Assembly (NCBI GenBank): GCA_050084985.1
Contig: JBITNC010000001.1
Coordinates: forward strand, 49,910,001 to 49,974,000
DNA from: Nageia nagi
Lineage: Eukaryota; Plantae; Pinophyta
Reading direction: 5' to 3'
Length of the DNA stretch: 64,000 nucleotides
The notes below the pieces were generated by a model. It was not told where the DNA came from, did no database searches, and saw only the letters and a program-made list of their open reading frames with translations. How positions within the stretch are numbered: position 1 is the first letter of the stretch; each line of letters opens with the position of its first letter. The position numbers and the translations under genes are program-made. Below, one piece after another: positions 14,060 to 27,383 of this stretch.

Positions 14060-15060
14060 AAACATCCATATATTTTATTTCATGTTATCTATGGCCATTC
14101 TTCAACATCTTTTGGCATATGTTCTTCTAAAATAAAATGAAAATGAAAGAAATATTTGGTTAACAACTTTTGATTATAATAATATCTTCATACATAGAAT
14201 ATATCATTCTATTATTCCTCATGGTGCCCTTATGGAATCAATACTTTGCCCCTTTAGAATCCACCACATGGTTTTACATAAGAGCATCATAATGACATTA
14301 ACTTTTCATTCTCCTCTCACATTATGTTTTGTAGTTAAGCATATTCATAATTCTCTTGCACCATTCTTAATATAGGGGCATAATCATAGACTAGATTCTA
14401 ACATTTTACTACTATTGGCTTTCCTAGATTTTCATGGCTTATAGTTTTTATAGTAAATGATGTAAATTGTATATGATTATAAATTATTCTTTTTAAGTAT
14501 TCTCTACATATTTATAAATATCATTTTCCATGTTGGAATAGTAGGATATGGTCTATATGCCTTATTATGTTAAATTGACCATCATGGAAGTATTTTTCAT
14601 TTTGGCAATTTCAATTTGTTATTTTATTTTAAAAGTGAATCATCATCACAAATGATAATGCTTAATAATTCATTAAACCTTAATCCATAAATATGGTAGT
14701 TAATGTAGGTAAATGGTTACTTATTCCTCACTAACTTAAAGGGGTCTAATGTCATTTACAAGGTTTTATCAGTTTACAAACACCTCTATGCTATATTTAA
14801 TTAAGATGAAACAACTACAAGCACATATTTACTTACTAATTTATTCTTTAATCAAACTTACACTTTAGCTTGTATCAACTGAAGGAAGATAAAAGTAAAT
14901 ACTAAACTTACATGTTATATCTCAAAATTTAAATGTTTATAAATTCAACTTATTAAGTCTAGTTATTAAGCCTAGTTTTAGATCATATTTCATATGTTCC
15001 TATGCTTAAATTATATTTCTTGTATCTCTTAGTTTTTAAAATTTTAGATCATATTTCATA
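14060..15060. repeat. Segmental duplication, copy 2, left part
   Basis: Colinear with 1-1015. Homology stops abruptly at ...gatcatatttcata|ggtgcaagc (15060/15061). Confidence 0.85.
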
Positions 15061-16130
15061 GGTGCAAGCTATCCACCCCCCTACCCAGTCAGTTGTTGGT
15101 AGTGGGGATCGCCCACTTTTAAGCTTAAGTCATCGCTAAAGGCATGCATGCATGCATTATGACCCATGCGCATATGGGTTAAACTCTTTCTATTTGAACC
15201 TTTTTTTTGTAAATTGTAATTCTTTATTTTTTTGTAAATCATACTATGTTTAGGTTTTAAATATAATATGTTTAACCTTGTATGTAAATGTATTTCATTT
15301 AGCCTTAGCATAAATAGAATATGTTTAACCTTGTATGTAAATATATTTTGTTTAGCCTTGGCATAAATAAAATGTGTTTAACCTTGTATGTAAATAGTTT
15401 ACCTAGTAGAAATAGAAGGTGTTTAAATTGTGTAAATGCTATTTGTTTACCACTAGTAAGATCCCCACCTATATTTTTATCTGGGGTTAAACAAGTCACA
15501 TTTACTTGCTAAAGTCAAGGTGTTTACACCTTGCCTCAATTACCTACCTTAATTTGAATTTCACTAATCATCACCAACCACTATGAGGCATAATGGGAAA
15601 GGGTTAAACTCTTAGAGTTTACAAGGATAAATATAAGGCATTTATCTCATCACTTTGCATGCATTTTGAACATGTGCCCATCTTTGATTTATTAATGGTC
15701 AAGGTTAAATGTATTTATTTACAAGGGTAAACATAAGGCATGTATGCCCTATCACATATTTTGAGGATATCATATCATCTTGCATGCCTTTTAAATGTGC
15801 CCAACCATCTTTGATGCATTAATGGTCATGGTTATATGCTTTTTGTTTACAAGGGTAAACATAAAGCATTAATCCCCTATCACATAGTTTGAATACATCA
15901 TATCACCTTGTAGGCATTTTGAACGTGTCCAACCCTATTTGATGCACTAATGGATGAAATTAAATACTTTCTTTTTACAAGGATAAACATAACATGTTTA
16001 TACCCTTTTAGGAGTAAACAAAAGGTTTTTATCCCCTCTTTGGAGTAAATAAAATTTTTTTATCCTTTGTTATGTATTTCAAGGATTTTTTTAGGGTAAA
16101 CAAACAAATTTTATCCCCTATTACTACACA
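15061..16130. mobile_element. Probable DNA-transposon terminus with subterminal repeat arrays
   Basis: Begins exactly at the duplication breakpoint with a GC-rich end. Followed by ~53-bp x3 units (atgtttaaccttgtatgtaaat at ~15268/15321/15373) and four copies of tttacaagg(g/a)taaa(c/t)ata (15618/15718/15846/15974, spacing 100-128 bp). Confidence 0.55.
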
Positions 16131-16379
16131 TGCAAAGGTTGGCCTATGATTTTTACATTAATGTTCATTGTTAATTATGTTGATATTGCAAAGTGATCGG
16201 ATGAGCAGTAGTGGTTAAGGATTTTGGATGAACAATAGTGATTAATGATTCTAATCTACAATTTTCTCCAACTGAAGTAAGTTGTTTATACCCCATTCCT
16301 ATTTTATTTTGCATAAATATTTATCAGGATATTCATAACCATAATGTTTGATAAAAATCATAGCTTGAATTCACAACCA

Positions 16380-16680
16380 CAATATTCGATGAAATTCATT
16401 TCCACAATTTGCATATCTTGAAATCATTATAGTGCATGAAACTATGTTTGCACAATGCATCTTCTCAAATAATTCTTAGGCCTTGTTTATTCTTTGATAT
16501 TTTTCATACATTTTTATCAAGAAATTCACAATCATAAAACAATTCATGATCCCTTTCAACATATCCACTTTGTGCATATTATACGATCATTACATTCCAT
16601 AAAACTATATCTGCATCATGCATCTTGTCAAACAATTCTTGAAATTTATGTATTCTTCTATATTTTGCATCCATATAAGG
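16380..16680 (-). pseudogene. PPR repeat fragments
   Basis: The reverse strand reads MDAKYRRIHKFQELFDKMHDADIVLWNVMI*YAQSG and MYEKYQRINKA*ELFEKMHCANIVS. Confidence 0.75.
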
Positions 16681-19600
16681 AAGCTCTTTCATGTAAATTA
16701 TTTATTTTAGTAAATTTTTTAACTATAATGATCTTGTATTTATATTGCAGGTAGACAAATAATAGAGCATAATCACTTCCCAAAGGTAATGTTGCTTAGG
16801 GTTGGTTCTATTGATTGATATTATATAATGTGAAAGCACCTGTGAATCACAATTAATTAAGTTATTAAGGATGAACTATTTTTCAATGTTCAACCTCTAA
16901 TTCAAAGTCTAGTGCCTTATCTATTGGGCCAAACTCTCCTCAAGGGGAGATCTTCTACACTACCTTTAAGAGGGTAGGGTGTTGGAAAGAAATAAAATAT
17001 AAGAGTGCAGGAAAGTGAATAATATGAATTTCCTTAACCAACGCATGCTTCCAAACTAGAATATTTGGAACAAAAATCAAACTAACAGCCATAAACTAAT
17101 ATTGTCTATATTAGAAATCCTATCCATATATGATATTAACAACCACTAATCCAACATTAGTCCATGAATTTAAGAACAATACACTCAACCATACACAACT
17201 ATTTAAGCTCACACATAAAAAAATAATTGAGAGAAAGGAAAACATGTCATACTTATATTCAAATAATAAATTCAATAACATTGCAAAGGGCAAACACTTA
17301 AATATCTGATCTTTATTACATCAAAAATGCCTTTATTTGTGCACTGAAATTTATAGTTATTATGCAATATGTTTATGCCTAGATGATATTTGAACAATTT
17401 GAAAGTTGTATTTAAGAAATATATAAGGATCTTTATATGTATTTATGAGCAATTATGAAATTTAATACTTCAAACCCCAAACAAGCTTAAAACCCCTATG
17501 AAAGTTAAAGATCTTTGAATATCATTAGATCTATGAGATCCAAGGATACCCACAAGATTAAATAGATGCTTAAATCATGAACTAATATATGTATGGAAAA
17601 ACAATTAAGATTATATGGTGGAAATGTAAATTACTAAAAATATACTAAATGCACACAAGTTTATTGGATGATACAAGTATGGATCATCCCAAGCTTCTCC
17701 ATGGTGAATTCTTGCATGTACCTACAAAAGCATTGGATATGCAAAATATATGCAATAATATTTCAATATAAGCATAAATTCACCATAGAAATGTTACGTT
17801 GTATTCTTAGAACCAAGCTTGAAGAGAATTAATATAGAATTATGGTTAAAACCCTTGATTCTTCCAAACCCTAGCATACAATCTTGAAGAAATTTTGATA
17901 GCATAAATCATAAGTGGGAAAGAACAATAATGATCAAGAGATCAAATTCTAATTTATCATTATGTTATATACCTCCTTTGTAACTTAAGTGAATATATTT
18001 TTCACTTTTATTTCAATTTAAGTCAATTTTGCTATTTTTGCAATATTTGAATATTTTGATTTCAGATATTTAGACATTAAGGAATAAATAAAAATAATGA
18101 ATTAAGCATTTCAATGCATTTAACTCACATTATTCAAAAAATGCTTTTTTTGGTGTCTATAGATACATCATATTACATTCATATTTCATCAAAAAAATTA
18201 TTATGTTAATTGTCTCTATGATAAATCAATTGCATTCATATTTCATCAATATATGGTTCAATATTGGATTTGTTCATCATTTCTGATCTTATTTCTAACA
18301 TTCATAAGTGTTCTGAGTTTATTTTTAAGGATGTCACATTAGATGACTCCCCTCCAAATGATAGCTTATAATGAGATGATGTTCTAGCCTCATCTACAAC
18401 ACGTGAAATACAATATCAATATCAATGAAATCAAGTTCAACAATTACCAACATTACAACCAATTATTAGGTGCAAAAAATCCTAGTTTCATAACCTTTAT
18501 ATATCTAGTGAATGAGGGTTGCAAATGCTTTAATACCATGATTCTTATTGCATTATTATTGGCATGAATCATTATGCATGCATTGATGACCTTGTAGAGT
18601 GTAAGGGAAGTTGATATATTATTTCTATTATGAAAAGGAAAGGAAAGGAAAGGAAAAGGGCTAGGCACATATTTCATAATCATAATAATATATCAACTTT
18701 CCTCCCACCCAAGTAGAGTACCATTCTCTTTCAAAATATGGTTGAAAAGTGTTCTAAGTTTGTGGTCAAGGATGTTGCATTAGATGACTCCCATCCAAAT
18801 GATAGCTTACGATGAGATGTTGTTTTAGCCTCATTTGTAACACCTAAAAAAGAATATTAATATTAGTATGAATACTAACATATAAATGAGAAAAAGAAAA
18901 TTTAAATACATAGATATTGCAATCCATATCTTACCATTTTGAACATGTGAACCAAAAGGATTTTAGTGGCAAGGTTGATGTCCATGTTATTTCAAGATAG
19001 TAATATCATATACATTGTATGCCCTCACATCAACATTGAGATCAACTAATTCTATTTCTGATATTCCTCTCTTCTTTCTCTTATACTATGGATAAATCTA
19101 ATTCCCTTACCTTTTTAGAGATTTTTCAATATCAGGTACAAAATCATGGCCAATTGAGCTTGCAAGATCTTATTTTTGTAGATTTATAACCATAGCTATC
19201 CATATCTAATTTATTTTTGTATTTTTAATCCCCTTTAAGATATTAATAGTACCATCAAGTTCTCTTTTAGTTTATGGAGAAATGACAACTTGGTTATTTC
19301 CTACAAGAGGTAACTCATTAAATTTGGAAACATGTTCAACAAGATGCAATTGATCTAAAATGGATCATATGAATGAATACCAAATATCATTTGAGTCATT
19401 ATTTGGAACATTCTCATGCTTGGGTGATATTTGAAATATTTTGCTATTGGTTTGTGGAAATTTGTGGCTAGAAAATAGTCATAAAATAGATCAGTTTTCT
19501 TTTGGAAGGCATAATTTTTGATAGATATTTCCAATAGAGTTTATTCTTTTTTCCTTGTATGGTGCTTAAAATACCTTTTCAATTAGTATATGAATACCTA

Positions 19601-21014
19601 CCTTTGTTTAATATTTGATCACCATCCAAGGTATTTTCCATAAAACTATCAAAACTACCAATGCCAATGCAGACAATAGCACTCGTGTTGATGCCAACAC
19701 CTGCTTTAGTGTTTCTAAGGAATTTGGATGTAGTATTTTTATTTTGATCAATTTGGAATGTCTATATACAAAAAACATATTCCATGAACCAAGTATTACT
19801 TAAAAAGACTAGCATTAACACTGGATAAAACCTGACATAATAACCTAACACCCTAGTAGACACCTGACTCTACTAGTGTTAATGTTGATGTTAGCACTAA
19901 CGTTGAGGTTAGCACCAAATTGTAGAAACAAAACATGTATAGGAATAAGATGAAGTGGTTTAGGTTATTTTGAAGTGTTATGAAAGTTGGAGAACCATTC
20001 AGAACCTGAAGGGATAACAAATTCGAATCCATTTATCTCCCTAGTGATTTGATAAATCAATCCAACAATCCAAGAATGGAAAAAGAGGATCCAATAATCC
20101 AACAGGAGGATCCAAGAGAATCATAGGAGGTGGAGATGACCTAGTGAGGTTATTCTTGTGTTGATATTATTGGTGCTACTGATGGCTGTGTGATGTTGTT
20201 GTTAGAGACCATAATTTGTTGAAAATAAGGAGAAATTCATAAGAAGGGAAAATCCTTTTCCATTCTCCATGTTATAATATTGATTAAATGATGTAAAATG
20301 TCATATCTATCATAATAAAGTTGTAATAAGCTTATTATAGGATGAACAAGATTATATTCATTCTATGTTATTTCATTTCTTATGTACTAAGTACATCAAT
20401 GATGTAATAGTGGCAGTTGTATTGTTGAGAGCATGTTATATTTATGAGAAGTATAATGTGTGATTCTTGTAAATGAATAAGAAATATAAAAGTGATATAA
20501 TGTTGTCCAAAAAAGTGATCTTAAATGATCTATCAAATTATTTTACAAACATGGTGAAGGAGAAAATTGTGGATCGTGGGATGATAGAAAAGAAAAGAAA
20601 ATGTTGTTATAAATACCAGTGCCAACACTAGGTTGAGTGCTAGCACTATTGTAGAAATAGAAGAAATAAGCATGATGGTTATTTGGTTGAGCTTGGAGGA
20701 TCCAAAGGATCAAGGGAGCTGAAAGTGTGAATTTTCATAATATTGAGGTAGCATGCAAACTACTTATGGTTGTAGGCTTCATCCTTGTATCAATAATAAA
20801 ATCACGAGAAAGCCATTAAAAGGGGATGTACCCTTCCATTGAGAGGAACCTCTATAATACTTGTTTTATTTATGTGTATGTGCATTATTTTAATCAATAT
20901 TGGTGCACATTAAGAAAATAGAGAGCATTGAGCAAATAAAACAATGAATAAAGAAATTTGTATTTAATGTTTTCTTGTAAGCTATAAGCTTCAAAAAATT
21001 ATAGATCAACAACT

Positions 21015-21140
21015 CATTAAAATTAGAGACACATTCAATAGGAGGTAAATCATTAAAATTAGAGACACATTCAATAGGAGGTAAATCATTAAAATCATAG
21101 ACATGTTCAATAGGAGGTAACTTATTCAAGTTAAATCTAG
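21015..21140. repeat. 36-bp tandem repeat, ~3.5 copies
   Basis: tcattaaaattagagacacattcaataggaggtaaa repeated. Reads (FNDLPPIECVSN)n on the minus strand. Confidence 0.85.
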
Positions 21141-21179
21141 CATTCATGGACCATCAAGATCAAAGAAGTGTTCTAATAT

Positions 21180-23235
21180 TTAGACATGCTTGTAAACATT
21201 ACCTCATACGACCCACATACAATCATATGAAAAAAAATATTTGCCACAATTGGCCACAAGGTATTTGGTAGATTGATATGTTTTACTATGTACCAAATAT
21301 GCATTACTAATACTTTCATGTAAAGAACAATTGAAATCTAAAATATTACATGATCTCTCTAGAGTAGTTTCAATATTCTTCTCTTTCTTGTAATTAGTCC
21401 AAAAACCAAGAAAATTTTGCCTATCTATGTTCTTGTAGAATGGCTCTAATTTCTTCTAAAATGTTTGATATAACCAATCCAATCACCTTGAACTCTTCTT
21501 AGTATTTTCATTTAAAAATCTAAACTTTAAGTGATAATGGTTGCATCAATTTCTTGGTTTGCATGTGGGAAATATTAAAAGGATTTTGCCCACATGGTTG
21601 TAAATAATATTATATAAGTACACTTAGGATTTAGTAACATCATTGATGGGATAAATTTAGTTTATGAAAAGACTCTACTAGATTAATGAAGGATAATCTT
21701 TACTAAATGAGAAGAAAATTGATTTGCAAGCTTCTTACATTTTATTAAATTTATGTTATGTGATTAGAGTCCATTTTGTTGGTCTCTTGTAGTTGAGTTC
21801 ACACCAATTGTTGGGTGGAAAATGATAATCCAACTTGTTCATGATATTGTTGTTATTCATACTATTTTTTCAAAACATGTTTTTGAGGGTAAGGCGAATC
21901 AGAGATTATCTTGATGTAGAACACACACACAAAACAACCTTTTAAATTTCAAGGTAAACAGACATAAGGATCAAAAGTTATGGATTTGGTAGGGTACATT
22001 AACAATGATTATAGTAGTTTATGAACCTCTTCTCCTTCTCAAATTCTTTTTTGAAATAAGAAATAAATTCCCTTATCGAGCTTATATTATCTATGGTATG
22101 CATAATTTATCCCATCTTGAAGAAGAACCTCATACGCACATCTTTTTCAGATATAAGCCTAGTAACATTTTTCAACCATGTCCTATGTACATACCACACA
22201 CATAGCAGATGTTGACACTTGATCACCCTCCTATTGCATTCATTCAAAAATAACTTATGATCAAAGAGAAAATAAGATAGTAAAATTACATCATAAAAAG
22301 TAAAATAAGATAGTAAAATTACACCATACTTATTAGTACTAAATGTTGAATCCATTACAATCATACGATTGTGTGCATATGAAACCATCTTCTCCAACAT
22401 CCATGAACTTTGAAAGCCCAAAATAAAACACTCAGGCACCTTCATATATTTTTAGCCTATTTTCTATATAGGTGATATTTTTCCTCAATATAAAATTATA
22501 TCGAATTTTTGGCAACATATCGAACACCTCATTCAAGTACTACCCTTCAATAATTTGGTCAATAGATACACCTATAGATAATAGTGTTTCAATCATTGAT
22601 ACTATATCAGATGATAAATGTGGTGAAAATACTAACCTCCCATCGTTTGATGGGTCATTGATACCATGACAAGGAAGTCCTTTTGAATCCACATGTTCAA
22701 AAGAATTATAAATTACAAAGGCAATATCATGATTGTGTTCATATACCTTTACCAAAAAATAAGATCGACATCTTCTCTTTTGAATAAAATACGTCTTCCT
22801 TTTTTGGTGAAGGAGGGTTTTCCATCTTATCTTGGTACCCATATGAGCACCAAAAACTGCAATTCAATGATAATATACTAGTTAATAAATATATTACACT
22901 TTACATAGTGAAAAAGTAAAGGTTAAAATCACAAACTACACTTACATTTCACGTTTTCATAATACAGCTACATTTGGAGGGTAACTAACTTTATCATAGA
23001 TCTTGTTAATGATTTTCTTCCTTTTGAAAGTGCATTGGGATTCTATATTATTTTGTTCACCTCTCTTGAAGTCGTCCAATATATCAAGGGATATAGCTAC
23101 CACCAAATCTTTCTTATTAACTCCTTTGCAAGGAACTTCAGTCCATGATAGGTCAAGGTTGGAAAAAACCTCCTTATCAACCATTTCTTGGATAGGCATT
23201 TCAAAAAGTGTGTCCCATTTTGTACCTCTCACCAT
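21180..23235 (-). mobile_element. Decayed, intron-containing SWIM zinc-finger / MULE-like transposase
   Basis: In order: KWDTLFEMPIQE...LDDFKRGEQNN; FWCSYG.D; KRRCRSYFLVK...HVDSKGLPCHG; FILGFQSSWMLEKM...MDSTFSTNKYG; LLCVWYVHRTWLKN; and a decayed SWIM motif (Y)DC...GNV(Y)KH at ~21185-21230. The motif order matches my recollection of At4g13970/At1g60560-type proteins. Confidence 0.8.
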
Positions 23236-23439
23236 TCTAGTAAATGTAATATTTCCTGCTAATGTGATAAAATGAATAGATCGTTAGAATGAGGCACAAC
23301 AGCATTTACATACAAGAGCCATCATAATGCTTTCATATCTATCAAGTATTTTTAGAAAATGCTTTTCTTACAGCAAACAAATCACATTCGTTTAACACGA
23401 ATCTATTCTTTTTAGGGAAATGCAAGATAGAGACACAAT

Positions 23440-24622
23440 CTCATAGCATGCAATGATCAAAGGATTTGCATAAAATGGGCATAGGTTAGAGTCTATTAGG
23501 TTTTTTTAGAAAATATTTTTCTTGCAGAAGACAAATCATACCCACAAATACATATCAATGATAAATTGGAGAAATTATTGTGTGAGATGAAGGTAGCAAT
23601 GTATATTCCAAAGACAAACTAAATCCACATGCAAGTCTAGTGAAAGGGGTTAGTGCTACTTAAAATCCATGAATGAAAGTAAAAGACTATAAAGCGAGTT
23701 TAGATGTACCTTTGAAGAGGTAAAAGTTGGAGAGATTAACTCGAGTGGTGAAAGCAATCTTATTGGTCATGCACATATTGTTAATGAGATTTTTGAAGAT
23801 ATCAGATAAAGTCCTCGTTAAAATGAGCATGATTTAGAGGCTCCCAAGTGTTTTTAGAAGATGCAATACACTAGTTTAAGATTAGATTCAATATGCTTTA
23901 TCTTATGATTCATAGACATGATTTTCTTATTTTAATTAAAAATTTCAAATCTTATCATAATAATTTCTGGTGAGGAGTCCATACAATCTCTTCAAATAAG
24001 AAGAATGATGACGATCCTCTTTTAAGTTTGAGCAATATTATCGATCTTGTAAAATATGGAAGAAAACATAAGGCCCAAAAATTACTTAACAAGATGTATG
24101 ATGCAAATACAATTTCATGGACTACAATTATTAGAGGGTATGCAATTAGAGGCTACAACAAGGATGCCCTTAAACTCTTTGATCTAATGAAGCACTTTGG
24201 AACCAATCCTAATAGAGTAAACTTTGTATGTCTAGTGGATGATAGTTGCAAATACTTTAATCATATTTTGTCTTTTTACATAATTTTCATGAAGTCTTTA
24301 ACACAAAATCACACACACTCATTATATGTTTATTTCGTATGATCAAATTCAACAATTACCAACATTACAACCAATCATTAGAATATATAACTAATTATTA
24401 GATGCAAAATTAAACTTTGTAACCTTTTACAGCATTCTTCCAGCACATACCACCATGGAACCTCTATAAGAAAGTATGTACATAGATCAAAGAGTGGTTG
24501 AGTGCCCTGTAGACATGTATGCAAAATGTTGAAGAACACATAAAACCCAATAATTGTTTGAGAAGATGCATGATGTGAATACAATTTCATGGACGTCAAT
24601 TATTAGATGATATGCAATTAGA
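23440..24622 (+). pseudogene. Shuffled PPR / E+ domain fragments
   Basis: AMIKGFA*NG (~23450), E+-like DKSYPQ...KLEKLLCEMK (~23530-23600), KAQKLLNKMYDANTISWTTIIRGYA (24070-24145) and a local duplicate VDMYAKC...LFEKMHDVNTISWTSII (24508-24620). Confidence 0.75.
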
Positions 24623-24639
24623 TGCTCTACAATTTCAAC

Positions 24640-24925
24640 TATATAATAGACCGTTCCAAGTCACTTCCAACTCCCAGCACGACTGACTAATGGGGCGTCA
24701 GCTTTCTGTGTGGGTTGCGTGCAGTATAAGACTCTACTTATCATTTACACCACATTTCCAAGACAAACAGGAATCAATCTCTTTCATTATCTACCTTGCA
24801 GGGCAAGCAATCTCCATGATAAAATATCTTTGACAATCATAGACTGAACCCACGAATTTTGATCAGGGGAAAAAGACACTCCTTGCTGGAAAAATTTAGT
24901 ATCTGAAGATACCAGGAAATAATGG
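24640..24925. repeat. Segmental duplication, copy 2, right part
   Basis: Homologous to ~1115-1390. Confidence 0.85.
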
Positions 24926-26461
24926 GTTGTCCCTTGGTTGGAAAAGCTATTTTATAGAAAGAGAGTAGATGAGTTCTATGGTGTATATTTTTTTTCAGGT
25001 GTCAGAAGTTGTACTGTACTTGATTCTTAGACCTTGTGCTTTCGTAAATAAAAAAAATGTATGAAAATATGGGGATTGTTTTTAAAAAATTGCATTGGAA
25101 AAATCTTAGGGGTTAATATTTGTAAATTTGTAAAGATTTTTATTACTAAAATTTGTATTCCGTTAATTTAGTGGATTCCTGTTTGCTATCAATTCGTCAA
25201 ATTTTGAATGGTTATATCATATTTTTAGGTTGACTTGTTAATTTTATCTTAAAATTATAAAAAAAAAAAAAATCATTTTGTCTTATACACTTTCTATTTA
25301 TCTTTTGATATATATAGGAAATACCAATCCCCCTACATGTTTCAAAATACATATTTAATCTATTATTTTAAGTAGCTTTTTATGTCACAAGGTACACAAA
25401 CTTGGCGACATATTTATTTATGACACAATAGCAACTTTCTTGATGATCTATAGAAAATTTGTTACAAATTAACAAATTTTATATCAGTTTTTTAATTAAT
25501 TTATTACTAGACATAACCTAGTAAAAAAAAAATTAACAAATATAGGTAGATTTTTACAATTTCTCATTCAACTATGAAATTCACCATATTTTCTCACCTT
25601 TTTATGATTTAGCTATGGAATTAATCAAGATTTCTAAACTAATTTTGGCTAAGGTTTTTAAATCTATTTTGACTAGATTTGCCAAAATATTACCAGGTGA
25701 TTTGGAAGAGGATTTATTAAATTTTTCCCTAAATTTAAGTTGTTTTTAATTTAAATATTTAATACCTTGTACTTCATTAACATTTCAAGTCTATTGTAAT
25801 GATTTTGTGGTGAAAGTCATTTGTGAGGAGTGGTTCTCTACCTCATTAATAGCTTCTCAATTGTAATGAGTTGTAAATTCATTCCTATATATTTTGTTAT
25901 CCATGTTGTAGAGTTTAAAAAGTACCATATCCAAATGTGTCTAAAAATATAATTAATCATAAAGTGTTAAAAACACTCCAAATGAGATCCTTCTAGTATT
26001 ATATCTTTCAATGTGATTCTCACTCGTAAAGTATGCTCATAAATTATGTTCAACATTACTTTTAGGGAGGATTTCCATCTTATGATTTTAGAAAGCACAT
26101 GATTTGATTTCCAAGTCTTCGATTATCATTCCCATGTTAAGTAGTTCATCTACGAGTTTCTTTCCACTCTATAGAGTATGAAAAAACTTTTAAGTTTTTA
26201 AAGTCATCCAATAATTATTTGATTGTTGTAAATAAGGTGTATGTTCTATAGTGCTTTTATTTTGCCTACAATAATATTGATCACAACCAAAGAATCACCT
26301 TTAATAGAAATCATTTCCATCATATCTTTCATAATTCGATTTCTTATCAAGCTATCCAATCTTCCTCTTTATTAGTTTATTTCTTCATGAGATTGAAGGA
26401 AAAGTAAGTTGAAATATCACCTAAATGGTTTCTAATTAATCTACTAACTCCTACTAGTTTT

Positions 26462-27383
26462 TGTGGATGTTCAACTAAATTTGACCTTTCAACTTTGTAT
26501 TTATAAGCACATAAGTATTAATTAATAGTATACGTAGATAATAAATAATAATTATGATTAATAATAGAATACAATTAAATATTTTCTATAAGGTGTTGTA
26601 ACATTCAAGATCTAATGAATATAACCAAGAATGAATGCACATGAATAGAAGAAATCCTTTAGAGATCTAACCTTGAAAAATTATGGATCAAATTGGATAT
26701 GTGATGAATTGAATATGGATATACAATGACCCAGATCTATGCTCATTGTCACTCAAATCTATCACTCCTTAGAATAAAACTATCAACATTATCATCACAA
26801 TCAAGCTCATTGGCAATTTTTTATTTCATCAACTAAAAAATGTATATAAAATAACAAATAATAGAGAGCTCAAGAGCATAACAAATCTAAATCAAATAGA
26901 TGGCATTGAGAAGTGCCATAAGAATTTTTATGATATTTCTTAATCGACCTATTATATGAGATATGATAGGTAAATGTAAAGGTAAATTATATTAATGTCC
27001 ACTAGAGACCAATTGATTTATGGTTACAAATAGCTTGCAGTAGACTATTACATAGCATGTATGTCTCGTACTGGGAATGGAATATGGGACATAGGTCGCA
27101 GCAAGGTCAACACATGACATGCTTCTCTTTTTATACTTATCAAGACATAGAAAATAATGATACCCAATAATTCCATAATAATAAGGTAATAATATTAATA
27201 TAAAAAAAAATTAACACAATCATGATTAATGATAATTAACATTTATTAACACATGATTAGCACATTATTAGCATATTAGCCTTGATATTTGTACAATATA
27301 AATAATATCTTACATAGAGATATTAAATATGATTTAATAATAAGTAGAAAATCATTTTTAGGTGTCTACAGTTTGCCCCTCTT
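26462..27383 (-). mobile_element. Probable Tat/Ogre-type gypsy 3' LTR with PPT
   Basis: The minus strand reads agaggggcaaac|TGTAGACACC at 27382-27361, a typical Tat/Ogre PPT-LTR junction. The far end (…tccaCA at 26462) is tentative. Confidence 0.5.

Noticed and set aside
16885-16940. tRNA-like stretch (tggcccaatagataaggcactagactttgaa, minus strand)
   Set aside because: Only D-arm and anticodon-arm resemblance, with no T-arm or acceptor stem. At most a SINE or tRNA fragment.
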